From a bacterium (GTDB lineage Bacteria > Patescibacteriota > Andersenbacteria > UBA10190), in the NCBI GenBank assembly GCA_043811915.1, contig JBDRMS010000008.1, positions 109 to 64,108 on the forward strand: a stretch of 64,000 bases of DNA, in the 5' to 3' direction. A model generated the notes under the pieces. It was given only the letters and a program-made list of their open reading frames with translations. It did no database searches and had not been told where the DNA came from. Positions within the stretch are counted from its first letter, which is position 1. The number at the start of each line of letters is the position of its first letter. A program made the position numbers and the translations under genes. Shown here piece after piece: positions 20,501 to 29,371 of this stretch.

Positions 20501-20803
20501 TACCTCGCCTGTCTTTTTATTAATCAAGCGCACCGCGCAGCGAATTGGTGCCTCATATGTTGCATTGCGATCTCTGGCGGTTTCCTCCGTATGCTTAGGC
20601 GCATCAAGATAATGATCAAGAAATTGCAATTCCAGATTACCGGCGTGGTCAACAATGGGGGATACTTCTTCAAACAATTCCCCCAGGCCTGTCTCACAAA
20701 ACCACCGATAAGAGTCCAATTGGGAACGCAGAAAATTAGGCGGCTCTACGACACTGGACGTAAAGGCTGAAAAAGTTTTCCGCTCACGGAGCGAGTGCAA
20801 CAT
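17540..20803 (-). CDS. rpoB: DNA-directed RNA polymerase subunit beta
   Basis: Full-length RpoB conservation, 1087 aa. It lies immediately upstream of rpoC. Confidence 0.97.
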   Translation of the reverse strand: MLHSLRERKTFSAFTSSVVEPPNFLRSQLDSYRWFCETGLGELFEEVSPIVDHAGNLELQFLDHYLDAPKHTEETARDRNATYEAPIRCAVRLINKKTGEVKEQEVYLGEFPVMTGRGTFIINGVERVVVSQLIRSPGVFFTSQFSKGRVWYGAKIIPNRGAWLELETAADGAVYVRIDRKRKVAITTLLRALEIETDNEKMKGMFADIDTDAEIKFIEATLARDITHNVAEGLREIYKRLRPGDLATVDNARQMIHDMFFRLDRYDFGKVGRYRMNQRLSLKVSQAPEHRILRNEDVVAVLREVIRLNVSQEPADDIDHLGNRRVRPVGELIQNKFRVGLTRMERIAKDRMSTLELDKVTAAQLVNARPIIAAIKEFFTSSQLSQFMDQTNPLSEIEHKRRMSAMGPGGLDRHRAGFEVRDVHRSHYGRICPIQTPEGPNIGLVGHMAVYARLNEYGFLETPYHKVEDGKVTDEIEYLDAYQEEKYIIAQAEEPRDNTGRLTGSKVEARERGQFAEVKPKQVDYIDVSPQQIVSIGAGMIPFIEHDDAQRALMGSNMQRQAVPPVVPEAPRIGTGLEGRAAYDSGQVVLSTIDGEVAEVDARHITVKGKGDEKQVYRLQNFQRSNHSTAMTQHPLVEVGQKVKAGELIADGSATDRGELSLGQNLLVAFVPWYGGNFEDAIVVSERVVQEDRFTSGHVEDFLVDVRDTKLGPEVITRDIPNVSEEKLRNLAGDGIVRVGAEVHSGDILVGKVTNKGETDLTSEERLLRAIFGEKAKDVKDTSLYLAHGEMGKVVDVKIFSREEGDKLPSGVLQQVQVSVAQMRKLQVGDKLAGRHGNKGVISEIRPVEDMPYLGDGTPVDIVLNPMGVASRMNIGQILETHLGIAAQRLKFFVASPSFVGVKESEIREQLIKAGLPEDGKMQLFNGISGEAFDHPVTVGVMYVLKLHHLVDDKIHMRSTGPYSLVTQQPLGGKAQFGGQRFGEMEVWALEAYGAAHSLQEMLTIKSDDVPGRSKTYESIVKGTAIQPPRVPAAFDVLVKELKGLALDVELLGQKVIRTEKKEESEYMRIPVKTGQERGKERGVRIR

Positions 20804-20968
20804 TTATTCGTTAGTGTCTAATAATAAACAAAACAAACCGCAGACAGTTAGTCCTCGTCTGTGGAAAAAGCGCCATATTCCAGGCACACAGACCAAACCC
20901 TCGTCAGAGACGATAAGAGTGAGTATAGAAAACCCGGTTTATTTTGTCAAGAAAATATAACAAAAAAG

Positions 20969-21337
20969 TCAATAGACCTTATCCACATACCTCGGCAACA
21001 CCATTTTTTCACGTTTTGCGACGCTAGCTTCATCTATCAAGTCATCTCTATTAATTCCTGTCAACCCGACCACGTCAGCTCCGAGGGCATATGCCAGCAT
21101 ATTTGCCACCGTCACTCCAGCCCGTAAAGACGAATAGCAACGCCCCGGACCTACTTGAACAGCTATTTTGTCAATATCCTTCAGCTCCGCCTCGGCCCCT
21201 CTAAGCAGTTCACTTACAACATCCAGCACATACCGCCCTACATCAGGGCTGTTCTCCCATGTTTTCTCATCCAACACTTCACCGTCTCTAATCAAAGCAA
21301 CAGAAACTTTCTCATCAGAAGTATTAATAATCAACAC
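20969..21337 (-). CDS. TsaB/YeaZ-like protein (tRNA t6A biosynthesis partner) with only the N-terminal domain, 122 aa
   Basis: The N-terminus MLIINTSDEKVSVALIRDGEVL... GPGRCYSSLRAGV matches the TsaB N-terminal half. The protein ends where canonical TsaB continues. Confidence 0.5.
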   Translation of the reverse strand: MLIINTSDEKVSVALIRDGEVLDEKTWENSPDVGRYVLDVVSELLRGAEAELKDIDKIAVQVGPGRCYSSLRAGVTVANMLAYALGADVVGLTGINRDDLIDEASVAKREKMVLPRYVDKVY

Positions 21338-22545
21338 AAGGCCAAAAGTTCCTCTATTATCTCTCTATCATTCCATGACACAATCTCTTTTCCCACTCCC
21401 ATCCCCGTCTCCGCGCCCTTTCCTGTCACCACCACAACATCCCCGTCTTTTGCCTTTTCCAGCGCATATTTGATTGCCTCCCGGCGATCAGGAATACGGC
21501 GCCACCCCACTTCGCCCTCCGGGCTTTGCGGGGCAAGACCTTGTTCCAAGTCCTTGAAAATCTGCTCCTCGTTCTCTGTCCAGGGATCTTCGCGCGTCAG
21601 CACAACCTCGTCAGCATATTTTGCCACTGCCTTTGCCATCAACGGTCGCTTCCCCCTGTCCCTCTCCCCAGCTGCTCCGAGAACGGCAAATATCTTTCCC
21701 GACGTCTCTTTTCTCACATACCGATAAAGCCTCTCCAATGACCCCGGCGTCACCGCGTAATCAATCAGTACCCTGGGCAATCCTTTTGAAAATTGTGGAT
21801 CTATCCACTCCATTCGTCCCGGAACATTTTTAACAGCCGCCACCCCGCGCGCCACAGCATCTTCTTTCACTCCCACCGCCCGAGCCAACAGCCTTGCCGC
21901 CAGCACATTTTCTTTATTAAAATCACCCGGCAGGGGAGTAACCACTACCTCCGCCTCCCCCGCAGAGAATTTAATTAATCTGGTTTTTGAAAATTTTAAA
22001 TTCAATGAAAATTTTAAATTGGAAATTAAAAATTCCTTATTAACTACCACAGGGGAACCTACCTTCACACAGTCTGCTATCCTAGCCTTCGCCTTCCCAT
22101 ACTCCTCCATCGTTTTATGATAATCCAGGTGCTCCCTTTCGATATTCAAAATAATCGCCCCTTCCATCTGCAGTCCCGCCAGTCTGTTCTGATCAAGCGC
22201 ATGCGAAGTTACTTCTAACACCACGTGCTTCACGCCTTTTTTTCTCATCCGCCACAAACATCGATATACTTCTTTACTGTCCGTCGTCGTCATTTTTGTC
22301 TCATTTATACTCTCCTCCTCACCAATCCAAATTCCCACCGTCGTTAACATCCCCACCTTGTCTCGCCCATAAGCTTCTCGTAAAATACTGGCCAGTACGT
22401 AGCACGTGGTCGTCTTGCCATTCGTCCCCGTCACCCCGTAAATTTTTATCCCCCTGTCCGGCCAGCCAAAATAAATCTGCCACCAGTGCGCCTGGCAAAA
22501 ATGATAAACATTCTTCAATTGCTGATACACTCTCACTCTCATCAT
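21331..22545 (-). CDS. Mur ligase family protein (central and C-terminal domains, short N-terminus). Probable peptidoglycan peptide ligase
   Basis: GVTGTNGKTTT P-loop 38 aa from the start, an IDYAVTP motif, and a C-terminal GKG domain. It is adjacent to the FemAB gene. Confidence 0.7.
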   Translation of the reverse strand: MMRVRVYQQLKNVYHFCQAHWWQIYFGWPDRGIKIYGVTGTNGKTTTCYVLASILREAYGRDKVGMLTTVGIWIGEEESINETKMTTTDSKEVYRCLWRMRKKGVKHVVLEVTSHALDQNRLAGLQMEGAIILNIEREHLDYHKTMEEYGKAKARIADCVKVGSPVVVNKEFLISNLKFSLNLKFSKTRLIKFSAGEAEVVVTPLPGDFNKENVLAARLLARAVGVKEDAVARGVAAVKNVPGRMEWIDPQFSKGLPRVLIDYAVTPGSLERLYRYVRKETSGKIFAVLGAAGERDRGKRPLMAKAVAKYADEVVLTREDPWTENEEQIFKDLEQGLAPQSPEGEVGWRRIPDRREAIKYALEKAKDGDVVVVTGKGAETGMGVGKEIVSWNDREIIEELLALC

Positions 22546-23534
22546 CCAAAGAGCAGCACCCCGCGCGCCCGCCTGGCCAGGTTAAATAACGCGTACATTC
22601 CCGGCTGCAGCACATAATCATACGCCCCGGCATAGTTCTCCCGCCGCCCGCCAAATCCTTTTTTGAACCTCGTTACCCCTGACCACGGGTGGCTTTTGCC
22701 ACTGCCAGGTGGGGCTACCCCAAAGAAATCAAAGTGCTTCGCCCCCTGCTGCTTAGCTCTCTTTATCGACTCCCACATTAAAAGATGCGGCGCCATTATT
22801 TCACGCAGCGTTGACGACGTTGCCCCATGCGCATACGTTACGGTCGTACCATATCTAATAAGCAAGAAAACGCCCAACACCACACCGTCATATTCCGCTA
22901 CGGCCAGTTCCAACATCCCCGCCGGCGCCAGTACATCCAGCATCGTTCGATAATAATCATCCGGATGAAAGTGAAAATTGCCCCGTTCCATTACATCTTT
23001 TGATAGTCGCAAAAATTCTTTAACATCCTTGTGCTCTTTCGAAAAACGAACAGTCACTCCCTTGCGCTCCGCTAAACGAATGTTGTATCTCGTTTTGTGA
23101 TGCATCCCGGCCAGCAATTTTTCCTCTTCCGCCAAGTCAAGCACTAAGGTATGACGCGGCTGCACTTCTTTTTCAGATTTTCGAAACGAAAATCTGTCCT
23201 CCAGTCTGGAAATTTCTGGCACAGGAGGGTCTACCCGTACAAATACCGCCTTCTCGTTCTTCGCCAGCTCCAACAATTTTTCCCGCAACAAATCACTTGG
23301 ATCGCCTCTAGGAACGTACAACCAACACCGCCCCAATGGCATTTCGTGCCTTGTCACCAGTGCCACCGCCTTCAGCTCTCCCGCCTCTCCAACTACAAGT
23401 CTCCAGTAAGCAATCCCCAATCTATTTTGCATCTCACCCCAAGCCCAGGATTGCAGAAAAGACGGGAATTTGGATGAAAGTATAAATTTATCCCACCGCT
23501 CTCTCTCCCCGTCGTTTATTTGGTCATTGAGCAT
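22542..23534 (-). CDS. FemAB-family aminoacyl-tRNA-dependent peptidoglycan bridge peptidyltransferase
   Basis: FemAB-like conservation (FLQSWAWG N-terminus, HHKTRYNIR) and cell-wall gene context. Confidence 0.7.
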   Translation of the reverse strand: MLNDQINDGERERWDKFILSSKFPSFLQSWAWGEMQNRLGIAYWRLVVGEAGELKAVALVTRHEMPLGRCWLYVPRGDPSDLLREKLLELAKNEKAVFVRVDPPVPEISRLEDRFSFRKSEKEVQPRHTLVLDLAEEEKLLAGMHHKTRYNIRLAERKGVTVRFSKEHKDVKEFLRLSKDVMERGNFHFHPDDYYRTMLDVLAPAGMLELAVAEYDGVVLGVFLLIRYGTTVTYAHGATSSTLREIMAPHLLMWESIKRAKQQGAKHFDFFGVAPPGSGKSHPWSGVTRFKKGFGGRRENYAGAYDYVLQPGMYALFNLARRARGVLLFG

Positions 23535-23543
23535 CGGGTATTT

Positions 23544-24110
23544 TCATGCACTCTGTTTCTGCAATGACAACTTTACTGCCTCTTCAACACTTTTTACATC
23601 TCGTGGCAACCTTTGCACCGCTTCTCTTGCCTGGCTAGCCGTAAAACCAATACTAGTCAGGGCTTCCATCGCTTCCTGTTGTACATTGCCTGATACCCCC
23701 ATCACTGCTGATGGTAATATTTTCTCCTTCAGCTCAACTAGAATGCGTTCGGCTGTTTTGCGACCTACCCCTGATACCTTAGTCAACAAAGCTGTGTCTT
23801 CCTCCGTTACTGCCTGCGCCAGCACCTTCGGCGGCGCTACTTCCAGAATACTCATGGCCGTCCGCGGCCCCACTGACGGCACCGTCAATAACAAGTCAAA
23901 AAAGTCCAAGCCCTCCTTGCTTTCAAAACCATACAGGCTCTCGCCGTCACTCGTTATATGATGATGAATCCGCAAGAAAACTACCGATCCCTTCCTGGTT
24001 TTCTTCCACAACGAATTTAAGACCGCTACCCGGTAACCCACTCCATTCACATCAACAATCAGCGCCTTACTCTCGCGCTCAATCACTTTTCCAGATAACC
24101 TAGCAATCAT
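23544..24110 (-). CDS. ruvA: Holliday junction branch migration protein RuvA
   Basis: MIARLSGKV...NGVGYRV N-terminus, HhH motifs, C-terminal domain III. Confidence 0.9.
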   Translation of the reverse strand: MIARLSGKVIERESKALIVDVNGVGYRVAVLNSLWKKTRKGSVVFLRIHHHITSDGESLYGFESKEGLDFFDLLLTVPSVGPRTAMSILEVAPPKVLAQAVTEEDTALLTKVSGVGRKTAERILVELKEKILPSAVMGVSGNVQQEAMEALTSIGFTASQAREAVQRLPRDVKSVEEAVKLSLQKQSA

Positions 24111-24113
24111 AAT

Positions 24114-26102
24114 ATGAAGCGTAGTCTAATAAAGCAAAAATTCAATTTAAAAGCCCCTTTTAAGTCCGCCGGCGATCAACCCCAGGCCATAAAACAGCTT
24201 GTCTCTGGCCTAAATAAGGGGTTTACACGCCAAACTCTACTTGGCACCACTGGCAGTGGCAAAACCGCCACTATGAGCTGGGTTATTGCTAAGACTCAAA
24301 AACCAACCCTGGTCATTAGTCACAACAAAACACTAGCTGCCCAGTTGGCCGAGGAATTCAGACAGTTTTTTCCCGACAACGCCGTCGAATATTTTGTTTC
24401 CTATTATGACTACTACCAGCCCGAAGCTTATCTGCCCCGCAGCGACACTTACATAGCTAAAGACGCCAGTATCAACGACGAGATTGATAGGTTGCGTCAC
24501 GCTTCTCTTGAAGCTGTCCTTACTCGCTCCGATGTCATCGTCGTCACCTCCGTCTCTTGTATATACGGCCTGGGCTTACCCAGTAATTATTTCGATCTAC
24601 GTCTGGTCATCAGACTAGGAGACAAGCAAACCCGGAATGATATCCTGCGGCAACTCGTTCGTCTGCAATATAATCGCAACGACACCGATTTAATACGAGG
24701 TACCTACCGCGTTCGAGGAGACACGCTCGACATTCACCCGGCGGGGGAGGACGCCATTCTTCGACTTGAGTTTTTTGGTTCCAAAGTAGATCGCTTATCT
24801 TATCGCGACGACTTGACCGGCCAGGTATTCAGTACTCCTGAAGTTGCCTCCATCTTCCCCGCCACTTTTTTCATCTCCTCCCCCGATAGTTTACAACGCG
24901 CCTTGTCCAATATTCGCCTTGAGCTCGCGGGGCGTACTCGGCAACTTACCAAACAGAACAAACTAGTTGAGGCCGAGCGTCTCCAGCAGCGCACCAACTA
25001 TGATCTAGAAATGATTGAGCAAATAGGATACTGCAGCGGCATAGAAAATTATTCCCGTCACATCGATGGCCGCGCTCCGGGTGCGCCCCCCGCCACTTTG
25101 CTCGATTACTTCGTTCACTCCTATAATAAAAATTTTCTTGTCTTCATTGACGAGTCTCACATGACCATTCCCCAAATCAGCGCCATGTCCGGAGGCGACG
25201 CCGCCCGCAAAGATAATTTAATCAATTATGGCTTTCGTTTGCCGTCTGCCCGCGACAATCGTCCTCTTAAATTTCACGAATTCGAAGACCGGATAAGCCA
25301 AACCATATTCGTCTCCGCCACTCCAGCCGACTACGAAAGAAACATCAGCCAGCAGGTAGCCGAGCAGATAGTCCGGCCCACCGGGCTACTCGACCCCACT
25401 ATCGACGTCCGCCCTCTCAACCACCAGGTCGACGACGTCATCAACGAAATCCAGCAGCGAGCCAAGAAAAAACAACGAATTCTTGTCACCACCTTAACCA
25501 AGCGCATGGCCGAGGAACTATCCACTTACCTGATCGAAATGGGCATCAAAGCTGCCTATCTCCACTCCGACATCGATACTTTTGAGCGCCTGGAGATATT
25601 ACGCAATCTGCGTCTTGGCACTTACGACGTCTTGGTCGGCATTAATCTCTTACGCGAAGGCCTCGACTTGCCCGAGGTTTCTCTAGTTGCCGTCATGGAC
25701 GCCGACAAAGAAGGTTTTTTGCGCTCCACCACTTCCCTGGTTCAAGTCATGGGGCGCGCCGCCCGCCACAGCGAGGGTCACGTCATTATGTACGCCGACA
25801 CCGTTACCGCCTCCATGCGTGAGGCCATTGATGAAACAAGCCGCCGCCGCGCTATTCAACAGCAATATAACAAACAACACAAAATCATTCCCCGATCAAT
25901 CAAAAAATCCATTCAGGAGTCATCCCTTACCCGCTCCAGTAAAGATGATCATGAGGAAATTGACCCCGAAGATATTCCACCAGACGAGTTAGTCCGCGCC
26001 GTAAAAGAGCTCACCGCTAAAATGGATCTGGCCGCCCGGAACCTGGAGTTCGAAAAAGCCGCCCAGCTTCGTGATATGATTCAACAAATACTCAATCGGT
26101 AA
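24114..26102 (+). CDS. uvrB: Excinuclease ABC subunit B
   Basis: FKSAGDQPQAI, GTTGSGKT, a C-terminal UVR domain. Collinear with E. coli UvrB. Confidence 0.97.
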   Translation: MKRSLIKQKFNLKAPFKSAGDQPQAIKQLVSGLNKGFTRQTLLGTTGSGKTATMSWVIAKTQKPTLVISHNKTLAAQLAEEFRQFFPDNAVEYFVSYYDYYQPEAYLPRSDTYIAKDASINDEIDRLRHASLEAVLTRSDVIVVTSVSCIYGLGLPSNYFDLRLVIRLGDKQTRNDILRQLVRLQYNRNDTDLIRGTYRVRGDTLDIHPAGEDAILRLEFFGSKVDRLSYRDDLTGQVFSTPEVASIFPATFFISSPDSLQRALSNIRLELAGRTRQLTKQNKLVEAERLQQRTNYDLEMIEQIGYCSGIENYSRHIDGRAPGAPPATLLDYFVHSYNKNFLVFIDESHMTIPQISAMSGGDAARKDNLINYGFRLPSARDNRPLKFHEFEDRISQTIFVSATPADYERNISQQVAEQIVRPTGLLDPTIDVRPLNHQVDDVINEIQQRAKKKQRILVTTLTKRMAEELSTYLIEMGIKAAYLHSDIDTFERLEILRNLRLGTYDVLVGINLLREGLDLPEVSLVAVMDADKEGFLRSTTSLVQVMGRAARHSEGHVIMYADTVTASMREAIDETSRRRAIQQQYNKQHKIIPRSIKKSIQESSLTRSSKDDHEEIDPEDIPPDELVRAVKELTAKMDLAARNLEFEKAAQLRDMIQQILNR

Positions 26103-27367
26103 TGATGAACCTACTATCAAAAACGTCATGGGCGTTCTTGCTTCTTATTACCGCCACCCTTGTTCTCCAGGCCAACCACCCCACCTGGCAAAATCATCTT
26201 CAAAATGACGTCATCGTTCACCAAGAACAAGTCAAGTATTACCAAAAAACCGGCTCCTGGAGCAATATAAAAGCCAAAGACTACCAGCCCGGCGCCCTCT
26301 GGCTTTTCCTCCTTCCTAGTTTGTTTGGTGGACCCAGCCAATCCTTCAATGCTTATCTTAACATCACTCTGTTTATAAACATTCTTTTAATAATTGGCCA
26401 CTTCTATTTATACAAACACTTTGGGCCACCCGGTGCTTCCATTTTTTTCCTCATCCTGTTACTCGCCATGGGACCTCTTCTTCTCTTCCGTTTTGACCTC
26501 GCAGTCACCTCACTTGTTCTGTTAACCTGGTTGTCCTTCACTCATCAACGCCTGTCACTAGCTGGCTTTCTGCTTGGCGTGGCTATCGCCACTAAACTAT
26601 ATCCAATAGTTCTGCTGCCAATAATGGCGGCACAACTCCTCAAAAATTACCTATTCAGAAAATTCGCCTTATTCTCTCTGTCTGTTTTTCTCGGCGCAAC
26701 ACTAATAGTTGCTCCTTTCCTTATATCCAGTGGTTCTCTCATTGATATTTCAGACAGTTTCGATAATTATCTGGTAAAACCAGTCGGCTTAGAAAGCCTT
26801 TGGGCGAGCGGGCTGACAATAATCTGGCAAATCAAAAGCAGCACACGCCCAGCCATTGACGGCTCCCACTATATTCAAGGCATTGCTCCTTCTGCAACCT
26901 TTTTATCACAATCGTTCTACAACAACTTCTGGCTATTCCCGGTAGGGTTAATTACTTTATTCATAATCCAGCTTTTTTGGTCAAAAAAATATGGGTATGC
27001 ATACCCCATAATTCCTCTTACCCTGTTAACCACTTTCGTCATCTCTCTTAAAGTTTTAGCCCCTCAATACCTTTGGTGGGCCTTCTCGTTCGTGCCACTT
27101 ATAAACTTCTCTAATCCCCGAGCTCCAAAAACAACTTTCATTATGCCCATCATTCTTGTCGCCACCCTAGTCCTCACCCAACTTATCTATCCGATTAATT
27201 ATTCTCAATTCATCAGCTGGTTCCAAGACGCTACAACTGATCCCGGTCCCTTTCTCATCTCCCTGGAACGCAACATCCTGCTAATTATCTTCTTCATCCT
27301 ACTACTATCCCAACTCTGGTCAACAAGAAAACCAGCCCTAGATACAAAAACCGGCCCCTCACAATAA
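26102..27367 (+). CDS. Polytopic membrane protein, GT-C-fold glycosyltransferase-like (DUF2029/GT87-like)
   Basis: About 11 predicted TM segments. Family assignment is by general resemblance only. Confidence 0.4.
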   Translation: MMNLLSKTSWAFLLLITATLVLQANHPTWQNHLQNDVIVHQEQVKYYQKTGSWSNIKAKDYQPGALWLFLLPSLFGGPSQSFNAYLNITLFINILLIIGHFYLYKHFGPPGASIFFLILLLAMGPLLLFRFDLAVTSLVLLTWLSFTHQRLSLAGFLLGVAIATKLYPIVLLPIMAAQLLKNYLFRKFALFSLSVFLGATLIVAPFLISSGSLIDISDSFDNYLVKPVGLESLWASGLTIIWQIKSSTRPAIDGSHYIQGIAPSATFLSQSFYNNFWLFPVGLITLFIIQLFWSKKYGYAYPIIPLTLLTTFVISLKVLAPQYLWWAFSFVPLINFSNPRAPKTTFIMPIILVATLVLTQLIYPINYSQFISWFQDATTDPGPFLISLERNILLIIFFILLLSQLWSTRKPALDTKTGPSQ

Positions 27368-27374
27368 CATATTT

Positions 27375-28040
27375 TTACCCACCTTTTCTCCCCACAAAAA
27401 AGAAACTGGAGCTTAAGAAGCCAGTTTTTAATAACACCAACTTAAAGGGCGACAACAACTGTCTAATTTCTTTTTTCACATACTCATTATGAAATGGCTC
27501 GTTGTGATAATGAGTTGAAGACAAAAAACGAAAACGCCATAACAATGACCTGGCCGGCACTGATCCAATAAACACCCCCTCCGGCCTTAATACTCGCTTT
27601 ATTTCTCCCACCGCCTTGTCCGAATCTACCAAGTGCTCCAGCACTTCCGTACAAATAACGGTGGAGAAAAAATCATCCGGAAATTCAAGCTGTTCTGCGT
27701 CTCCTTGTCTTAACTCCGATTCAGGAACATATTTCTTGGCCCGCTTCAAATGTCTTGGATTAATATCGATCCCCACCGATCCCGCTGGCAAATGCCTCAA
27801 CATCAAACCAGTACCGCAACCTACGTCCAGATATTTGTCACCTCGACCAAAACGACCAATCAATTGTTTAATCCTTCGTTCCCTATACCGATGCAGCAAA
27901 GACTCCAGCCCCCGCCAATTATCCGTCACCTCATTCCAGTCATAATCTTCTATCTTACGATAGAAGTCCTTAACATACTCATTGTAAACATAGTCAGTGC
28001 GCGCCGGACGTCTCATAATCCAAGCGTCCGGGAAACCCAC
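27375..28040 (-). CDS. Class I SAM-dependent methyltransferase
   Basis: YLDVGCGTG motif I and a downstream acidic motif (VICTEVLEH). Confidence 0.8.
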   Translation of the reverse strand: MGFPDAWIMRRPARTDYVYNEYVKDFYRKIEDYDWNEVTDNWRGLESLLHRYRERRIKQLIGRFGRGDKYLDVGCGTGLMLRHLPAGSVGIDINPRHLKRAKKYVPESELRQGDAEQLEFPDDFFSTVICTEVLEHLVDSDKAVGEIKRVLRPEGVFIGSVPARSLLWRFRFLSSTHYHNEPFHNEYVKKEIRQLLSPFKLVLLKTGFLSSSFFFVGRKGG

Positions 28041-29344
28041 AAAACCTCGAGCGCAAACATAAACAGTAATAAGGCTAGAAAAGCCGGTTTAAGCACCAAT
28101 AAACGATTACGCAACAACAAAGCAATTGTTACTATGCCATAGAACATCAGTACCATAATCCTCTTATCGGTCTGGCTATCTAAAACTCCACTATTCTGCA
28201 ACATTATGCTTAACAGCGGCAAGAATAAAAACATGTAAACCTTCCTTTGTTTAAACAACTGACAAAACACATATCCCAGTCCCACCGCTATCAATGGATA
28301 CACGGCATATTTATACCATCCATAAGCTTCGAACGGAGCTACATACAGAAAGAGAAATGAAAAAATAAACAATGGCGCAAAAATATATATTCCTTTTCGG
28401 CTCCGTTTCCTCGCTGCCAATGCCAACGATCCAATTAAACCAACGATAATGGACGGATCGTAAAACCCATAATTTCCAATATTCAAACTCGTAAACAAAG
28501 ACCAGAAATTCCAAAAATTCTGCGGGCGATCATGATGAGCAATCATTGAGTTATAAAAAATATCCCAGCTATAGTAATATCCATATCCCGCCAACAACAA
28601 TACCGAGCCAAGCGCCGCTCCCAATAATACAACTCCCAATGACCACCGACGCTTGTAGAGAGCCAGAAACACAAGCGTGGCCGGAATGACAATAGCCGAC
28701 AATTTGATCAGCAAAGAAACAACGCACAAAAAAACCATCCCCGCCCCTGCCATTTTCCTCTTATATTCAGTCTCTATTGTTTCAAACAGCACAAACAAAT
28801 ACAGGCCCAGTATCAACAACAGCCCTACCAAATGCTCCGCCGCAACAATTCGTGAAGTCACTATGTGAGATGGGAAAAACACAAACGCCAGGATGGTGAA
28901 AAGAGCCAGCCTCCCACCAAACAATTTCTTCACCAGTAAATAGGTAACCGATATCGTCAGGACAGAAATTATAATCATCGGCACACGGATTAAAGCCCAG
29001 TTAAAGTTGCACCAATCATCCTGCCCGGTCAAACGCGCCCACCCGCCAATAAGCAGACCGAAAAGTGGCGGGTGCGCCAAAAAAGGAGTCATCACTTGCC
29101 CGCAGCCTGCCTCTCTGGCCACGCCAAGATGTGAAAATAAACTCCAGGAACTAGGCACTCTCTCATTCAACAGCGACACTCCCACCATCAACCACGATTT
29201 CTCGTCCGCATCCATCGGATGAAACCCCCCCAAATTACCCGCCCGCAACAGCACCGCTATTACAATCAAGGCCAGAAACAGCAGCGGCTTTAAAGACCCG
29301 ACTTCCAAATTCATGACAACTAGTATACTACACACATCCCCCAA
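28013..29344 (-). CDS. Glycosyltransferase family 39/83-like (PMT_2 / ArnT-like) polytopic membrane protein
   Basis: Multi-TM protein with a first-loop DE motif (HPMDADEKSW) typical of GT-C PMT/ArnT enzymes. Confidence 0.6.
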   Translation of the reverse strand: MGDVCSILVVMNLEVGSLKPLLFLALIVIAVLLRAGNLGGFHPMDADEKSWLMVGVSLLNERVPSSWSLFSHLGVAREAGCGQVMTPFLAHPPLFGLLIGGWARLTGQDDWCNFNWALIRVPMIIISVLTISVTYLLVKKLFGGRLALFTILAFVFFPSHIVTSRIVAAEHLVGLLLILGLYLFVLFETIETEYKRKMAGAGMVFLCVVSLLIKLSAIVIPATLVFLALYKRRWSLGVVLLGAALGSVLLLAGYGYYYSWDIFYNSMIAHHDRPQNFWNFWSLFTSLNIGNYGFYDPSIIVGLIGSLALAARKRSRKGIYIFAPLFIFSFLFLYVAPFEAYGWYKYAVYPLIAVGLGYVFCQLFKQRKVYMFLFLPLLSIMLQNSGVLDSQTDKRIMVLMFYGIVTIALLLRNRLLVLKPAFLALLLFMFALEVLWVSRTLGL

Positions 29345-29371
29345 AAACCGTGCTAAACTAAACGGCCGCCT

